64,000 nucleotides of DNA from NCBI RefSeq assembly GCF_009914755.1, contig NC_060939.1; one strand, given 5' to 3'. Under the pieces are notes generated by a model. It was not told where the DNA came from and made no database searches. It saw only the letters and a program-made list of their open reading frames with translations. The DNA comes from the human T2T-CHM13v2.0 reference genome, Homo sapiens. The position numbers and the translations under genes were made by a program. Numbering within the stretch: the first letter of the stretch is position 1; each line of letters starts with the position of its first letter. Below, in pieces: positions 1 to 52,821 of this stretch.

Positions 1-514
1 CTACCAAACCGGTTGGAGTTCCTTATTTTATTACAGGGTCTGTTTTGACATTGAAGAAGCAGCTAACTGAGCAGGACCCCCTTCATTTCTTGTATCTCAA
101 AAAGTATCAGAAGTGATGCCTTTGTCATTCAGCTGGTGGTATGTGGCAAACGTGGATTTGTACCCTGAACAATTGAGAACACTTCTACTTCAGCATGGAG
201 TCTAGTATATTAGAATGAAATGGTCTAGTTACTTTCTGAAACTGGAAAAGTCTTAGTGAAAAAAGAGGAAGAGAGATTTAGGAGCTAATATCAACAGGAA
301 TTGGGGATTGATTGGATGTGGCAGGTTAATAATTGGGTACCCATTTCAGGGCTTAGATAACCAGGGAGAGTAAAGGAATATTGGACTAGGGTTGAGGGTT
401 GGTTGTGGAATCTAGTTTTAGATGTTTAAGATATCTAATGATGATATCCATCAGATACCTGAATAGCTAGATTTCAGGAATGAAACCTGGTTTGAAGATA
501 AAGATTCAGGAGTA

Positions 515-808
515 GGCCAGATACGGTGGCTCACACGTGTAATCCCAGCACTTTGGGAGGCCAAAGCCAGAGGATCACTTGAACCCAGGAGTTGGAGACT
601 GGCCTGGGCAAGATGGCTCAGACCTCATGTCTACAAAAAATTAAAAAGCCAGGCGCAGTTGTGCGCACCTATAGTTTCAGCTATTTGGGAGACTGAGGCA
701 AGAGGATCACTTGAGCCTAGGAATTTGAGGTGGCAGTAAGCTATGATCATGCCACTGCACTCCAGCCTGGGAAACAAAGCAAGACCCCATCTCAAAAAAA
801 AATTTTTT
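515..808 (+). mobile_element. Alu (AluJ-like) with TSD AAGATTCAGGAGTA
   Basis: Dimeric Alu; TSD at 501-514 and 809-822. Confidence 0.93.
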
Positions 809-2163
809 AAGATTCAGGAGTAATTTAGATTTGAGGAATCATCAAAACCATAGTTTTGAAAGGAGTCATCCACGGAAAGCTAGGAATAAGACGACAGGCA
901 ACCAAATGAAAGAAAATAAGTATTTAGAGGGAGAAGCAGAAGAGCCCACAAAAAAGAAGCATATGATACAAGAAAAAACCCAGGAGAGTGGTATTATGGG
1001 AAGCCAACGAAGAAAGGTTTGGGAAGAGAATGGTCAGCCTCATTGAACACTTCCAACAGAGAGGTACTGTTATCCCCATTTTATAGAAGAGAAAGCTTAG
1101 GTTAGGAGAGACAAAACAAATTTTCAAAGGTAAGTGGCAGGACCAGGATTTTAATCCAGGTCTGGATGCAGAGCTCTTGCTCTTAACCATCAATCATCAA
1201 GCAGTGATGTATCTTTGATGAAGCAGTGGTGGCAACAGAAACTTAAGGACTTGAAGACTGAATGAGTAGATATTGGACTACTTTTATTTCAGAAAGCTTT
1301 GATGTAGAGGGAAGAGGTTTTCAGAGGACAGAACTGTATTCATTACTCTGATATGAGAAACTTCTAATATTTGGGGAGAGAAGGGTAAAAAGGTAGTCTT
1401 TTTTAAGTATAGCATGGTGGAAACAGAGAATGCAAGAGTAGAGTTTTTGAGTTTTTCCACATTTGGGGGCAAGATGGTGCTTTGCTTCCAGGGATAGCAG
1501 TAAAGAAGCAATGCTTTCCACATTAATTTGACTTAGATTTTCTTTTAAAAATAAACTCTACTAGGGTGTGCAGGGTCAGTCTTTTGGGCATGTGAATTTG
1601 CAATTTTTCTTTTACTCTGGTGAGATAGGAGCTATTCTAACTTCTAGTATGGGGGTTGGTTGCTCATGTCATCAGAATTTGTAACAGAATTAGGAAAATG
1701 AAACCAAGAACATAATCACAGCTACGGATGTGGTTTTAGAAAACTGAAAGAGAGAGGCAGGAAAGTAGAAGTATGAACTAGCAATGAGAAAAAAGTATCC
1801 TTCTTGCTGAATAATATTGGGCAAAACTGTGCATTCCAAAGACAGTAAACCACTTTGGAGTGTGTCACTACAATGATTTTTGTTTTCAAGGAAAACTCAT
1901 TATTGTCTGATAATGGCTTAGTAGTTCATGTCGGACCAATCCTTCCATAAATAACAAATGTAAACAAGTGGTAAATATAAAATACTCTCTCGGTTTAACT
2001 TTAAAAAAATACATATGATTGTTCAAAGAAAAAATATCACAGTGTATGTGAGGCTGAACATACATAAATAACATGACAACTATAAAGCATATATGGTTGC
2101 AAGGTTTTAATATTTTATGTAGTGGGACACAAAATTAATCCTAAATAGTTTGTGAAAAGCTGA

Positions 2164-3849
2164 ACATGGTCCTAGCCAGAGCAATCAGACAAGAGAAAGA
2201 AAGGGCATCCAGATCAGTAAAGAAGAAGTAAAACTGTCGCTGTTTGCTGATGACATGATCGTATACCTAGAAAACCTTAAAGACTCATCCAAAAAGCTCC
2301 TAGAACTGGTAAATCAATTCAGCAAAGTTTCAGGATACAAAAGTAAAGTAAAGTACATAAATCAGTAGCCCTGCTATATGCCAACAGCAACCAAGCTGAG
2401 AAATCAAGAACCCAACCCCTTTTACAATAGCTGCAAAAAAACAAAAAACAAACAAAAAAACAACTTAGGAATATACTGAACCAAGGAAGTAAAAGACCTC
2501 TACAAGGAAAACTACAAAACATCACTGAAAGAAATCATAGATGACGCAAACAAATGGAAATACATCCCATGCTCATGTATGGGTAGAATCGATATTGTGA
2601 AAATGACCATACTGCCAAAAGCAATCTAGAGGTTCAGTGCAATTCCCATCAAAATACCAAAATCATTCTTCACAGAATTAGAAAAAACAATCCTAAAATT
2701 CATATGAAACCAAAAAAGGGCCCGCATAGCCAAAGCAAGACTAAGTAAAAAGAACAAATCTGCAAAGCCAAAGTGAGACTAAGTAAAAAGAACAAATCTG
2801 GAGGCATCACATTATCTGACTTCGAACTATACTACAAGGCCATAGTCACCAGAAGAGTGTGGTACTGGTATAAAATCAGGCATATAGACCAATGGAACAG
2901 AATAGAGAACCCATAAATAAAACCAAATACTTACAGTCAACTGATCTTCGGCAAGCAAACAAAAAAGTGGGGAAAGGACACCCTATTCAACAGATGGTGC
3001 TGGGTTAATTGGCAAGCCACAAATAGAAGAATGAAACTGGATCCTCATCTCTCATCTTATACAAAAATCAACTCAAGATGGATCAAACACTTAAATCTAA
3101 GACCTGAAACCATAAAATTCTAGAAGATAACATTGAAAAAAATCCTTCTCAACATTGGCCTAGGCAAAGACTTCATGACTAAAGAACCCAAAAGCAAACG
3201 AAACGAAAACAAAGATAAATAAATGGGACTTAATTAAACTAAAAAGCTTCTGCACAACAAAATAAATAATCAGCAGACTAAACAGACAACCCGCAGAGTA
3301 GGAGAAAATTTCTGCAATCTATACACCTGATGAAGGACTAATATCCAGAATCTACAAGGAACTCAGATCAGCAAAAAAAAAAAAAAAAAAAAATCCCATC
3401 AAAAAGTGGGCTAAGGACATGAACAGACAATTCTCAAAAGATATACAAATGGCCAAGAAATGTGAAAAAATGCTCAACATTGCTAAAGATCAGGGAAATG
3501 CAAATCATAACCACAATGTGATACCACCTTACTGCCACAAGAATGGCCATAGTCAAAAAATCAAAATATAGATGTTGGCATGGATGTGGTGAAAAGGAAA
3601 CACTTTTACACTGTTGGTGGGAAAGTAAACTAGTATAACCACTATGGAAAACTGTGGAGATTCCTTAACTAAAAGTAGTTCTACCACCTGATTCAGCAAT
3701 ACCACCCCTGGATATCTTACCCAGAGGAAAATAAATCATTATATGAAAAAGATACTTGCACATGCTTGTTTATAGCAGCACAGTTTGCAATTGCAAAAAT
3801 ATGGAACCAGCCCAAGTGCCCATCAACTGATGAGTGAGTAAAGAAATTG
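2164..3849 (+). mobile_element. L1 (L1PB-like) ORF2 3' fragment
   Basis: Encodes the RT-like [11 protein letters not shown] motif at ~2240-2272; typical L1 ORF2 sequence with frameshifts and stops. Confidence 0.9.
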
Positions 3850-10145
<6,296 letters not shown>

Positions 10146-10219
10146 ACTTTTCATTTTTGCTGCTCCTTGCAGATCAAGACTAACTCAGACAATGTGCTTG
10201 GGGCTGTCCATTCTGAATC

Positions 10220-10982
<763 letters not shown>

Positions 10983-12194
10983 TCACCTTTAAAAAAAAAA
11001 AGACCAGAAAACAAAATGTTAAATTATTACAAGTAGCTTTTCAGTGATTTAAAATAGTTCTAAAGAGACCCAGGAAATTGTCTGTTCAGCTTGGTTATAA
11101 CTGACAATTATTTAGCTCTTAAGTATGTGCCCCATACTGTGCTAAATATTCCACATGGCAGTCTCCTGTAATCAACAGCCCTATGAAGGTAGGTACCGCC
11201 ATTAACCCCATTTTACAGATAAGCAAAGTAAGGCTCAGTAAGGGTAACTTGTCCAACATCATTCAATACTCACCACCTCAAAACCTTTTGTACAATTTGG
11301 ATTTCTTCTCAAACTTGCCAGGAGAGAATACAATGCAAACTGTACCTGCATAAGATGACGGATTTTTGGCTGTACTCTTACTTCTTGGTAGTGCTTTGTA
11401 TGCTGCAGCTTTTCTTTTCCCTGAAACTAAAATCAGTTTCAAATGAAAGCCAGAGGGAGTGTACCAACACTTTTCAGGAAGACTCACCCTTACCAGGCAT
11501 CCTTTTTAGGCCAATGGATTTTCAAAGATTTCTTCATATAAAATCATATGTAAAATACCTTTGTAAAACACCAAAGGGTTGAGAAACCTGAAGCCCCCAC
11601 CTGTTCAGCTTATCCTACCCTTCCAACTCACCTCTGCATAATCTGTCTTGTGTGATAAATACCCATCACTTCTATTGCTTAGCTGCTTCACAAAAAAGAT
11701 GGACATTCTGCAGGGCGATGTATGTATGTTTAAATCTATATACACTTAGACAGTCAATGACATTTTATAAAACAATGCTTACTTATACTTACCCTTATAA
11801 TGTATGATGTTTTTATACTTTTTGTGATAACCACCAAATGGATTTAGTAGCTATTAGTTCAAGATCCATTATTTGAAAAACACTGCTCTAGGGTATGTGT
11901 AGTCTATACTCCCTGAACTAGTCTTTACTGGCATCACCAATCAAAAAATGGAGAACGAGTTAAGAATACACACTCAGGACCAGGGGCTTAGTCAACTTAG
12001 ACATTAGAAAAGATCATGTGAACACTTCAGGACTCCTAATAAAGTCTTCTTAGGTTTAGAATATAAATATTTCAATTCTTGAGAAAACAAAAATTTCATG
12101 TGAGCCTTTCTAATAAAAATAGGCTAGAAGGTTGGTGGTTATTTTTAACTTATCTGGGAAACAGAAGGAAGAGGTAGCAGCCAGAGATTTCCTT

Positions 12195-12248
12195 AATTTA
12201 AGCCTAGAATGCAGCTTTGAGTTACAAGCTGCATTCTAGGCTTAAATT
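12195..12248. repeat. Perfect inverted repeat, 23-bp arms with 8-nt spacer
   Basis: AATTTAAGCCTAGAATGCAGCTT-tgagttac-AAGCTGCATTCTAGGCTTAAATT. Confidence 0.97.
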
Positions 12249-12659
12249 TACTTTGAAGGAGTAATCAAGCTTTCTTATCCAAAGCAGGGAAAGGGAGGTC
12301 ATAAATGAAGAGCTTGAGGTAGCTTTGAGATTCCAGAAGCTGCTGTGGGCCCAGGGGAAATGAAGACCCCTGAACTAGGCAGGCCCACCACCAGCTGCCA
12401 TGTTCATACTGCCCTCCCAACAAGCTGAAAAGGCTCACCATGCTCTCAAACTGCTATGCTCCAATTCAGCTTTAACTGGGCTACTTCATACTAGTACTTT
12501 GTGTCACTTTCAACCCCACAGGACAAGCCTATAGCTCAGGCTCAGCATGAGGGACTGCAAGCACCTCAAGAGCAAAGTAACATGCACATCACAAATGAAG
12601 ATCAGAATGATTTTTATCTTATCTGGTTCCAGAGTGGTGATGGAGACAAAAATCAATTA

Positions 12660-13642
12660 CAGACAGAATTCCTGAAATGTAAATTGTTTTTAATATATTT
12701 AAGAGCACACAGAAGTCTTGATTTATAAAAAAATAAATATATAACATGACAAATTTACTGATGATCCTGGAGCTCTGAGGTCAAACTCTTTAAATGATCA
12801 GTGAAAACATAAAACATCCATGATCTGTTAACACACACAGGAGCATATTCCAGTTGTAAAAAACAAATTCCTTGAAGGCTCAGAACGAACAAAAATCAGT
12901 CTTTATGGCAGAAAGCACATCCAAAGCTAGGCAATGAAGTTCAGCCTGGGCCACGTGAACCTTTCACCAGCCAGCCTATAACCTATGGAGCCAGGACAGG
13001 AAAGCATGATCCTTCAGCTCATGACGCCACCCAGGCTTCCAGACAACTGCAGAATGAAAGAGTCCCTCAGAGGCTCCCCAGCCCCTGCTGCCATCATAAA
13101 GCACGGGAGGGATTGTTTTGTCCTTAGCGGCTCTGTCCTAAATTTGAGAGCAGGAGACTGAGAAGGTTATGCTCATTAAATATTGTCATTGTAACACGGA
13201 ATGGAAATCATGATCCTTGCCCATGGGCACTGAGCTGAAAGAAAGAGGAACCTCACATGAGGCTTTCCTAGAGACCAGGATGTTGGGTGAGTGGGCGTGC
13301 ACTTCTCAAGTGGGCAAGGAAGAACTGCTTTTCTCCAGCTGACATGCTCTCAGGGGTGAAGAAGTTTAGCTTAAAATACCTGATGGCGCTGCATAAACTG
13401 GGGATTTGGGAACTGAGTTTTTAGCTCTGTGACACACAACATAAAAAACAAAAATCCAGTCTCATTAGCTAAATTCGGATTAAAATCTGAAATGTTTTTA
13501 TGGAGTTGCCAACAGGCTGGAATGTACCTGATACAATTTAATCTGCTTTTATTTCTTTGGCTGTCTTCCAAACCACTTTCTTCCTGTAATTCTTAAGTTG
13601 GCTAGTTCTCCTTCCTCAGAAAAATTACCCCTAAGAATCTTC
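12660..13642 (-). other. ADPGK: ADPGK 3' UTR (approximate 3' end)
   Basis: Repeat-free stretch after the stop, ending in an AU-rich segment with ATTAAA (minus strand) at 12689-12694. Confidence 0.7.
12689..12694 (-). terminator. Candidate distal polyadenylation signal ATTAAA for ADPGK
   Basis: tttaat on the plus strand; AU-rich upstream context and U-rich sequence downstream on the minus strand. Confidence 0.55.
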
Positions 13643-45640
<31,998 letters not shown>

Positions 45641-48600
45641 TGGATAACCAGATTATTCCACAATCAAACTTTAACCCTTTTGGGGGCGCTGTTCCCTTTA
45701 ACAAACTCTGGAAAATGTACACAATCTTGTGCACAACACGAGAGTTATGGACCTGGGTTGAGAAACGCTGCTTTCTTTTGTTCCCCCTTGGTGACATCAC
45801 TTAAACCCAGCCCTCTCTTCGCTGATGCTTTTCTGTGCATGAGGCTAGGTTGAGAGACAGTGAAGCTAGGCTGGGTACCAGCTCATTCTCATCAGCCACA
45901 ATGCCCGGCCTAGTCTTGTTCCCTGGTTTGTTTCCACTTTTCCAATTCTCTCGGCTCCTGACCTTGGCTTTGTGTCCAGTTTTCCACTGTGACCCTGACC
46001 TTTGGACTTGGCAGCGAAACTTTATTTCCCTAACTTTGATCTTGGGCATTAGTCTTCATTCTCCTCAGCCCCACCTCATCAGAACTTCCCCATCCTGGTC
46101 ATCTACCTTCCCGCAGTTCATCCTACCCAGCCTACCTGACCATGCCATCCCTTTCGACAAAGATATTCACACAGGAACAGATTTGGGCTACCTTGGAAAA
46201 GAAGCCAAAGAGCCAGTCAGATCTTTATGAAGCCATGAAAGCCATCTTCCCTAGAGTTGCCTGTCACTTCTCTCTCCTTAGGGAGACATGTCAGTCAGTT
46301 CCTAGAGAAACTGCTTCTTCTCACAACCCTCAGCTGTCAGGTTTCCCTGGCACCCAGAGGGGACTGAGCCAGCAGCTGACCTGAAAACAGCGAGTCTGCT
46401 GACTGTCCAGCGATCATTTCCCTCTATTGAGAATTTTAACCAAGTTTCTGTTGTCTGTAGTTATTTGATATTGGCTGTGGACCCACAAAGTCACACAAGG
46501 CTAAAGGTCAGAACCAGTTAAATATGTTTCCAAGGTGAAGTTTTGGGGAGCACAGGAAGCTGAACTGTGGGAAGGTCATAGAACAGACAGATCTAGAGGA
46601 CTAGGAGAGTGCTCCACATTAAAGTGATGTGGACAGAAACCTGCCTGGGGCTTTCTTGCTCCCACGAGAGGCTGCTAAACTTCCAGCACTTTGCACCTAA
46701 TTCTTCTGCTGCTTTCTAGATTTGCCAGAATTGTTGATTTAGTCACAGAGACAAAACAACAGCAGTTGAACAAAGTGGATGTTTATTTCTCATGTAAAAG
46801 TCTAAATGGGGTGTTGGCATGTTGTGGGCTGTGGTAGCAAGCTTGGCCCCCTCTGGTTGCTATGGGACCTGCTGTGGGCCTCTTGCTGGTTAGTCACTCA
46901 GTGTGGGTTTGCATTGTGGGTGGTGAAGGGGGCCAGACAAGGAAACGAGAGAGCTGACCTCAATTCCAACTGAGAACTGAAGAGTCAGGAGCCGCAGGAG
47001 GTGAAGAACAGAACACCAGGGACAGTTGCCAGGCCTGGCGGAGCCTGATGTGGCTTCTGGTCACATACAGAGTCACAGGGCCCTTAATTCCTTCTCATCG
47101 GGGCTCAGGGGCAGGCATTCACTGTCTTGGTGCCACAGTCCCTCTTGAAATATTTCCTTAACGAAAATCAGAAAAGATTCTGATCATCTATCTGTTCAGA
47201 GAGTCTGGAATCCTTTGCAAGCCAATTGTTTTTCTAGAAGTTAGGTTTCTGGGGACAATTAAAACAGCTCTGAGTGGGCAGCTGTGGCTCCTTTGCCTAG
47301 GCTGAACAAAGAGGAAAGGGCTGGGCTGGGCAGGCCTCAAGACACCCCCCGCCCCCACCCAAATTGCTTCCAGACATGGCCTTTCCTATTGGTTCTCTCT
47401 CCTAGGACCTTGAAATGAGAGAAGAAAAGCAATTTGGTTCTAGAAAATTCAGAGGCAAATGGAGGCTCCAGGTGCCCCACCCAAGATCCTGACCTGGAAG
47501 GCCAGGGAGCAGATCCTGTATGAACACAAAGAATTAGCAGAATCCTGTCAGCTTCCAAATTAGCTGAAGGTTTTGGCTTTAACATAAATACCCATCAGCG
47601 TCACCCCCGCAATCTGAAAGGCCTTAAGGGGCACATTTGTTCCCACGTGGAGCAGAAACTAAAGTGGGACCAAATGGTCCCTGTGAAAGCTGGGCTAACC
47701 CACTTTCCTTGCAGCTCCAGGCCTCTGGGGTTTCATCCAAGCTGCTCTTTGAAGGCCACACTGTGTCAAAGCCTTTGTTGATGCCAGGGACACAGCCCAC
47801 CACAGGCCATGCCCAAAGGCCAGAGTCAGAGCACAATTTTGAAGATTACAGAAAACTCCAAAGAGATTGAAGAGATGGAATAAAGGATCCCAGCCCCCGA
47901 AAAGAGAAAGCTTTGTGTCTGTAGCCATAGCCCTTGGCAATCAGACATCCTCCTCACTAATGTGAGGTCAGGAGGGGACTAGAAGTGCTCAGAGGATGGA
48001 CTGCCTCTGGCCAGTGCAGGGGAGAGGCAGGGGTGTTGAGGCACAGGAGCCAGATGAGAGGAACGTCAGCAGCAAAGCAGTAAGAAGAACATGAGAGTTT
48101 CTTGATAGTAATAGAACTTCCTACACAGACTGGGAACCGGGTTGTAGCTTGAGGGGATGTGACAACATAGTGGCCCGGAATTTTCACTTTGGAAATTAAC
48201 TGCTTTGGACCAGGAAGAAGCGCTGAGCCTAGAAAGGCAGGAGGCACAGGACTGTGTGGGCTTCTGTCTGGCAGGGACCTATGAGCTTCATAGGGCGAAT
48301 GAATCGGGGCAGGATAAAGCAGAGGCCTCCACCCTCACAGTGCTCTTAGCCATCTCAGGCTTCCCGGAACACTGCTACCAGGCTGCCTGCTGGAGCCCTT
48401 TACACTCACAGGCCTTCCTGCTTGGGTTCTCTTCTGCAGGCTGCGTAAACCAGTCCTGTTGTAGCCCTTGTAGCATCTGCTGTAGTGATCTGGTTTGGGT
48501 TTCAGTATTACTTGCAATGGTTTGGAAGGAAATGGGAAGTTTGCCTTCTAACTACATTTTCTTTTTGATTCAAGAACCCTAGCAGTTCTACAACCACTGG

Positions 48601-50538
48601 GCCTAAAACTAAAATAAAGGAAAAATAAATAAAAGGAAGCAAAAACATCTAACTGGGATGGCCTGGCAGCATTGCCAGAGAGAGTCCTCAGGGGCCCATG
48701 CTTGTTCTGTCTTTTGCTCTGCCATCCCTAGGGTGGACAGCACGGAAGAGGCAGTACATCTTAACAAAATCAGGGTTCTGGATGAAGGGAGGGGTGGTGA
48801 ATGGTTGCTGCAATCAACAGTTCATACTTCAATGGAAAGAAGGTGGGATTTGATTCCTGGCTGCAAATCTTCACTCTGTCACCTGCTATCTGTGTGCCCT
48901 CAGGTAAGTCATTTAACTTTTCTGTTCTTCAGTTTCCTTATATGCAAAATAATTCCTACTTTGCAGAATGGTTGTGGGAGGTAGAGTTATCTTAAGACAG
49001 TCTAGCACAGTGTCTGCTACATGCTGGAATTCAAAACATTCCCTGCTGTTGCTATGGTTGGTTCTGAGAGCTATATTTAATTTTCTTTTTAGTCTTTCTT
49101 GCTGGTCTGTCACTCTCTTACTATAAGGAAGACAGCCATTTCTGCATAGGTCACTATGCAGTAGCCTTTTCTATTTTTTGACGGCTTAGCATCTATGTAA
49201 TATCCCACTGAATGAAAATACTAAAATTTATCTATTGTACTATGAATAGACGATTTGGAGTTTTCCCAGTTTTTTTACTATTACATACAGTGTTGCTATG
49301 TATATGCTGTGGTACACGTGTATAGCCATTTCTTCAGGGTAGAAACAAAGTAACATTTCTGGGTCATATGATATGCCTGTCTTCAACTTTACTATATAAT
49401 ATCTGACATCTTTCCAAAGTGGTATGCCAGTTTATCTTCCCACTGGCAGCATATGAGAATTTCTGTTGCTCCAGCTACACTCCAACAGATTCTTAAAGCT
49501 TTGTCATTTTGTAGGGTGTGTAGTGGTATCTTACTGTGGTTTTGACAAGTTTCCATTTGTTGGTTATTTGCAAGTATCTTGCCTCCCTCCCAGTCACTTG
49601 TCTATTCATTCTTTTTATAATATCTTTAGTGAGTAGAGTTCTATGAAAAATTATTCTTATTTATGTATTTTTGTAGAGATAGGGTCTCTCTGTGTTGCCT
49701 AGGATGGTTTTGAATTCCTGACCTCGAGAGATCCTCCTGCCTTGGCCTCCCAAGGTGCTAGGAATACAGTTGTGAGCTACCATGCGCAGGCTTAAAGTTC
49801 TTCGTTTTTAGTGTAGTTACCGTTTTGTTCTTTTTTTATTACTACTTTCCCCTTATCATTGGTGCTTTTTGTTACTTATTTAAAAAATCTTCCCATACTC
49901 AGGATCGTGATGGTATTTTCCTGTACAACCTTCTAAGAGCTGTAGGCTTTCACATTTCATGTTTAGGTATTTAATCTACCTTGGAATTGATTTTTGTGTG
50001 TTGTGAGAAGAATGCTTATAGATACCCAATTGACCCAGTGCCTTTTACTGGTCATTTCTCAATGACTCTGCATTCCCACCTCTGTCCAATACCACGTGTC
50101 TATGTATGTGTGGATCTGTTTTGGGGCTCTTCAATCTGTTCCATTGGTCTATTTGTTTATCAGCGTCTCACTGTCTTGATATCTGTTAATATAAATTCTT
50201 TCTCCTTACTCTTCAAGAGTGTCTTGGCTATCTTTGGCCTTTTAAAATTCCCATATACATTTTTGAATCAACTTGTCGCCCTCCCTCCCAAAAAAACCCA
50301 ATTAGGATTTTTATCATTCTAGGACTATGGTAGATCCCTTCATTTATTTAGATCTACCTAAATGTCTCCCAATATCATATTAGACTTTTTGTGGAGGATT
50401 TGTATGTCTTTAGTAAGTTTTATTACTAGGCACTTAATATTTTTAGTATGCTTATTGAAGTAAAATTGATATGCATTAAGTGCATAATATTTAAAGTATA
50501 CAAATTAATAAGTTTAATATATGTATACACCCTGAAAC

Positions 50539-51059
50539 TGTTACAGGAAAGGGGTCCAGATCCAGACGCCAAGAGAGGGTTCTTGGATCTCATGCAAGAA
50601 AGGATTCAGGGCTAGTCTGTAGTGCAAAGCGAAAGCAAGTTTATTAAGAAAGCAAAGTGGTGAAAGGACTGCTACTCCATAGACAGAGCGGGACGTTCCC
50701 GAAACTAAGAGGAGGAACGCATCCACCCTAGGTACAATGCTTGTATATATGGAGAGATGTGCTCTGCTACAAGGGTTTGTGATAAACTATTAATTTTCTT
50801 AATTATGGTATTTGGCAAGAATCAATATTATTATCTTTCAAGCAAAATTAGGAATGCCTTTGTTCCCCAGATATTGGGATATCTGGACACTCCCGAGTCT
50901 GGGTCTGTTTTAGTAAACATTATTAATTTGTTCCCTTAACCGTAAACATCTAGAGGCTAAGAATGCCTAACTTTCTGGGAATTCAGTCCAGCAAGTCTCA
51001 GCCTCATTCTCCTAGCCCTCACTCAAAGTGGAGTCGCTCTGGTTCGAATGCCTCTGACA
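50539..51059 (-). mobile_element. MER41-family ERV1 solo LTR
   Basis: Minus strand begins TGTCAGAGGCATTCGAACCAGAGCGACTCC and ends ...CCAAGAACCCTCTCTTGGCGTCTGGATCTGGACCCCTTTCCTGTAACA, matching MER41 termini. Confidence 0.85.
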
Positions 51060-51886
51060 AAACCATCACCACAATCAAGGTAATATAGTAAACATATCCA
51101 TCACCCCCAAATACTTCCTCATGGCCCTTTGTAACCCTTCCCTCTTACTCCTTCCTGCCTGTACATCCTCCCACTCCCTGTACCTAGGCAATCTGCTTTC
51201 TGTCCCTATAGTTCAGTTTACACTTTGCAGAATTTTATATAAATGGGATCATACAGTACATACTCTTTTTGATGTGGCTTTTTTCATACAGCATAATTAT
51301 TTTTGAGATTTATCTAGGTTATAGTGAATATCAACTGTTAATTGCTCTTTAAAAAACTTTTAACTTCAAAACAGTTATATATTCACAGGAAGTTGCCAAA
51401 ATGGTAGGGTCTGTGTACCCTTCACCCAGTTTCTTTGAATGGATATATCTTACATAATCATAGTGCAGCATCAAAACCAGTAAACGGACATTGGTGCAAG
51501 GTGTATGTATAGTTTTGTGCCGTCTTATTATATATGGAGATTCGGGTAATCACCACTCAATCAAGTTGCAAGAACTGTCCCATCACCACGAAGATCTCCC
51601 TCATGCTATCCCTTTAGTCACACCCAACCCCCATCCTCTACCATTCCTAGACCCTGGCAGCCACTAATCTGCTTTGCATCACTGTAATTTTGTCATTCTG
51701 AGAAATGTTATAAATGGAATCATACAGTATGTGATCTTTTGAGAGCATAATACCCTTGAGATGCATCCAACACTGTTGCGTGTGTCAATAGTTCATTTTT
51801 GTTATTTATTTTTATTTTTTGACTGAGTAATGTTCTGTGGTATGGAAAGATCACAGTTAGCTTAGTCATTCACTCATTGAAGGAGA

Positions 51887-52115
51887 ACTCCCCAACAATT
51901 GCTCTGGACATGCTGGAATTTTTTTTTTCTGTTCTTTGTTCATTCTTGCTCATGGTGTGTTACAAATATCATAATTCTCCTTTTTCTCTGTGACCTTGTC
52001 TCTCAGTCTCCCATCAAGGAGTGATGTCTATTTCTCCACTTCTTGAATCTGGGCTGGCCTTGCCAATAGAATATGGCAGAAGTGACATCGTTCCATTTCT
52101 GAGTCAAAGCCTGAG
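51887..52115 (+). repeat. Dispersed direct duplicate of 53748-53975 inserted in an L1 fragment
   Basis: Direct alignment with 3 substitutions and one 1-bp indel; ORFs 52021..52266 and 53881..54063 share MMS(I/V)SPLLESGLALPI. Confidence 0.95.
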
Positions 52116-52427
52116 TTGTTGCCAGTTTTGGGCAATTGGTTGTTGCCAGTTTTGGGCAATTGCAAATAAAGCTGCAATAAACAATCATGTACAGAGTATT
52201 GGGTGCACATATTTCATATCTCTGAGAGAAACGCCCAGGAATACAATTGCTGGGTTTTATGTTTAGTTTTCTTTTACATCCCCACAGGCAGCATATGAGA
52301 GATCCAGTTTCTTCACATCCTCACCAGCACTTGATATTGTCACTAATTTAGGTTTTGTTCTAATGGGTGTATAGTGACATCTGTTTGTGGTCTTAGTTTA
52401 CATTGCCCTAATGGCTAGTAGTGTTGA

Positions 52428-52821
<394 letters not shown>

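Noticed and set aside
1-2160. Possible exons of the neighbouring convergent gene at the left edge
   Set aside because: No recognisable coding sequence or convincing splice pair; mostly L2/MIR/Alu-like and unique AT-rich DNA.
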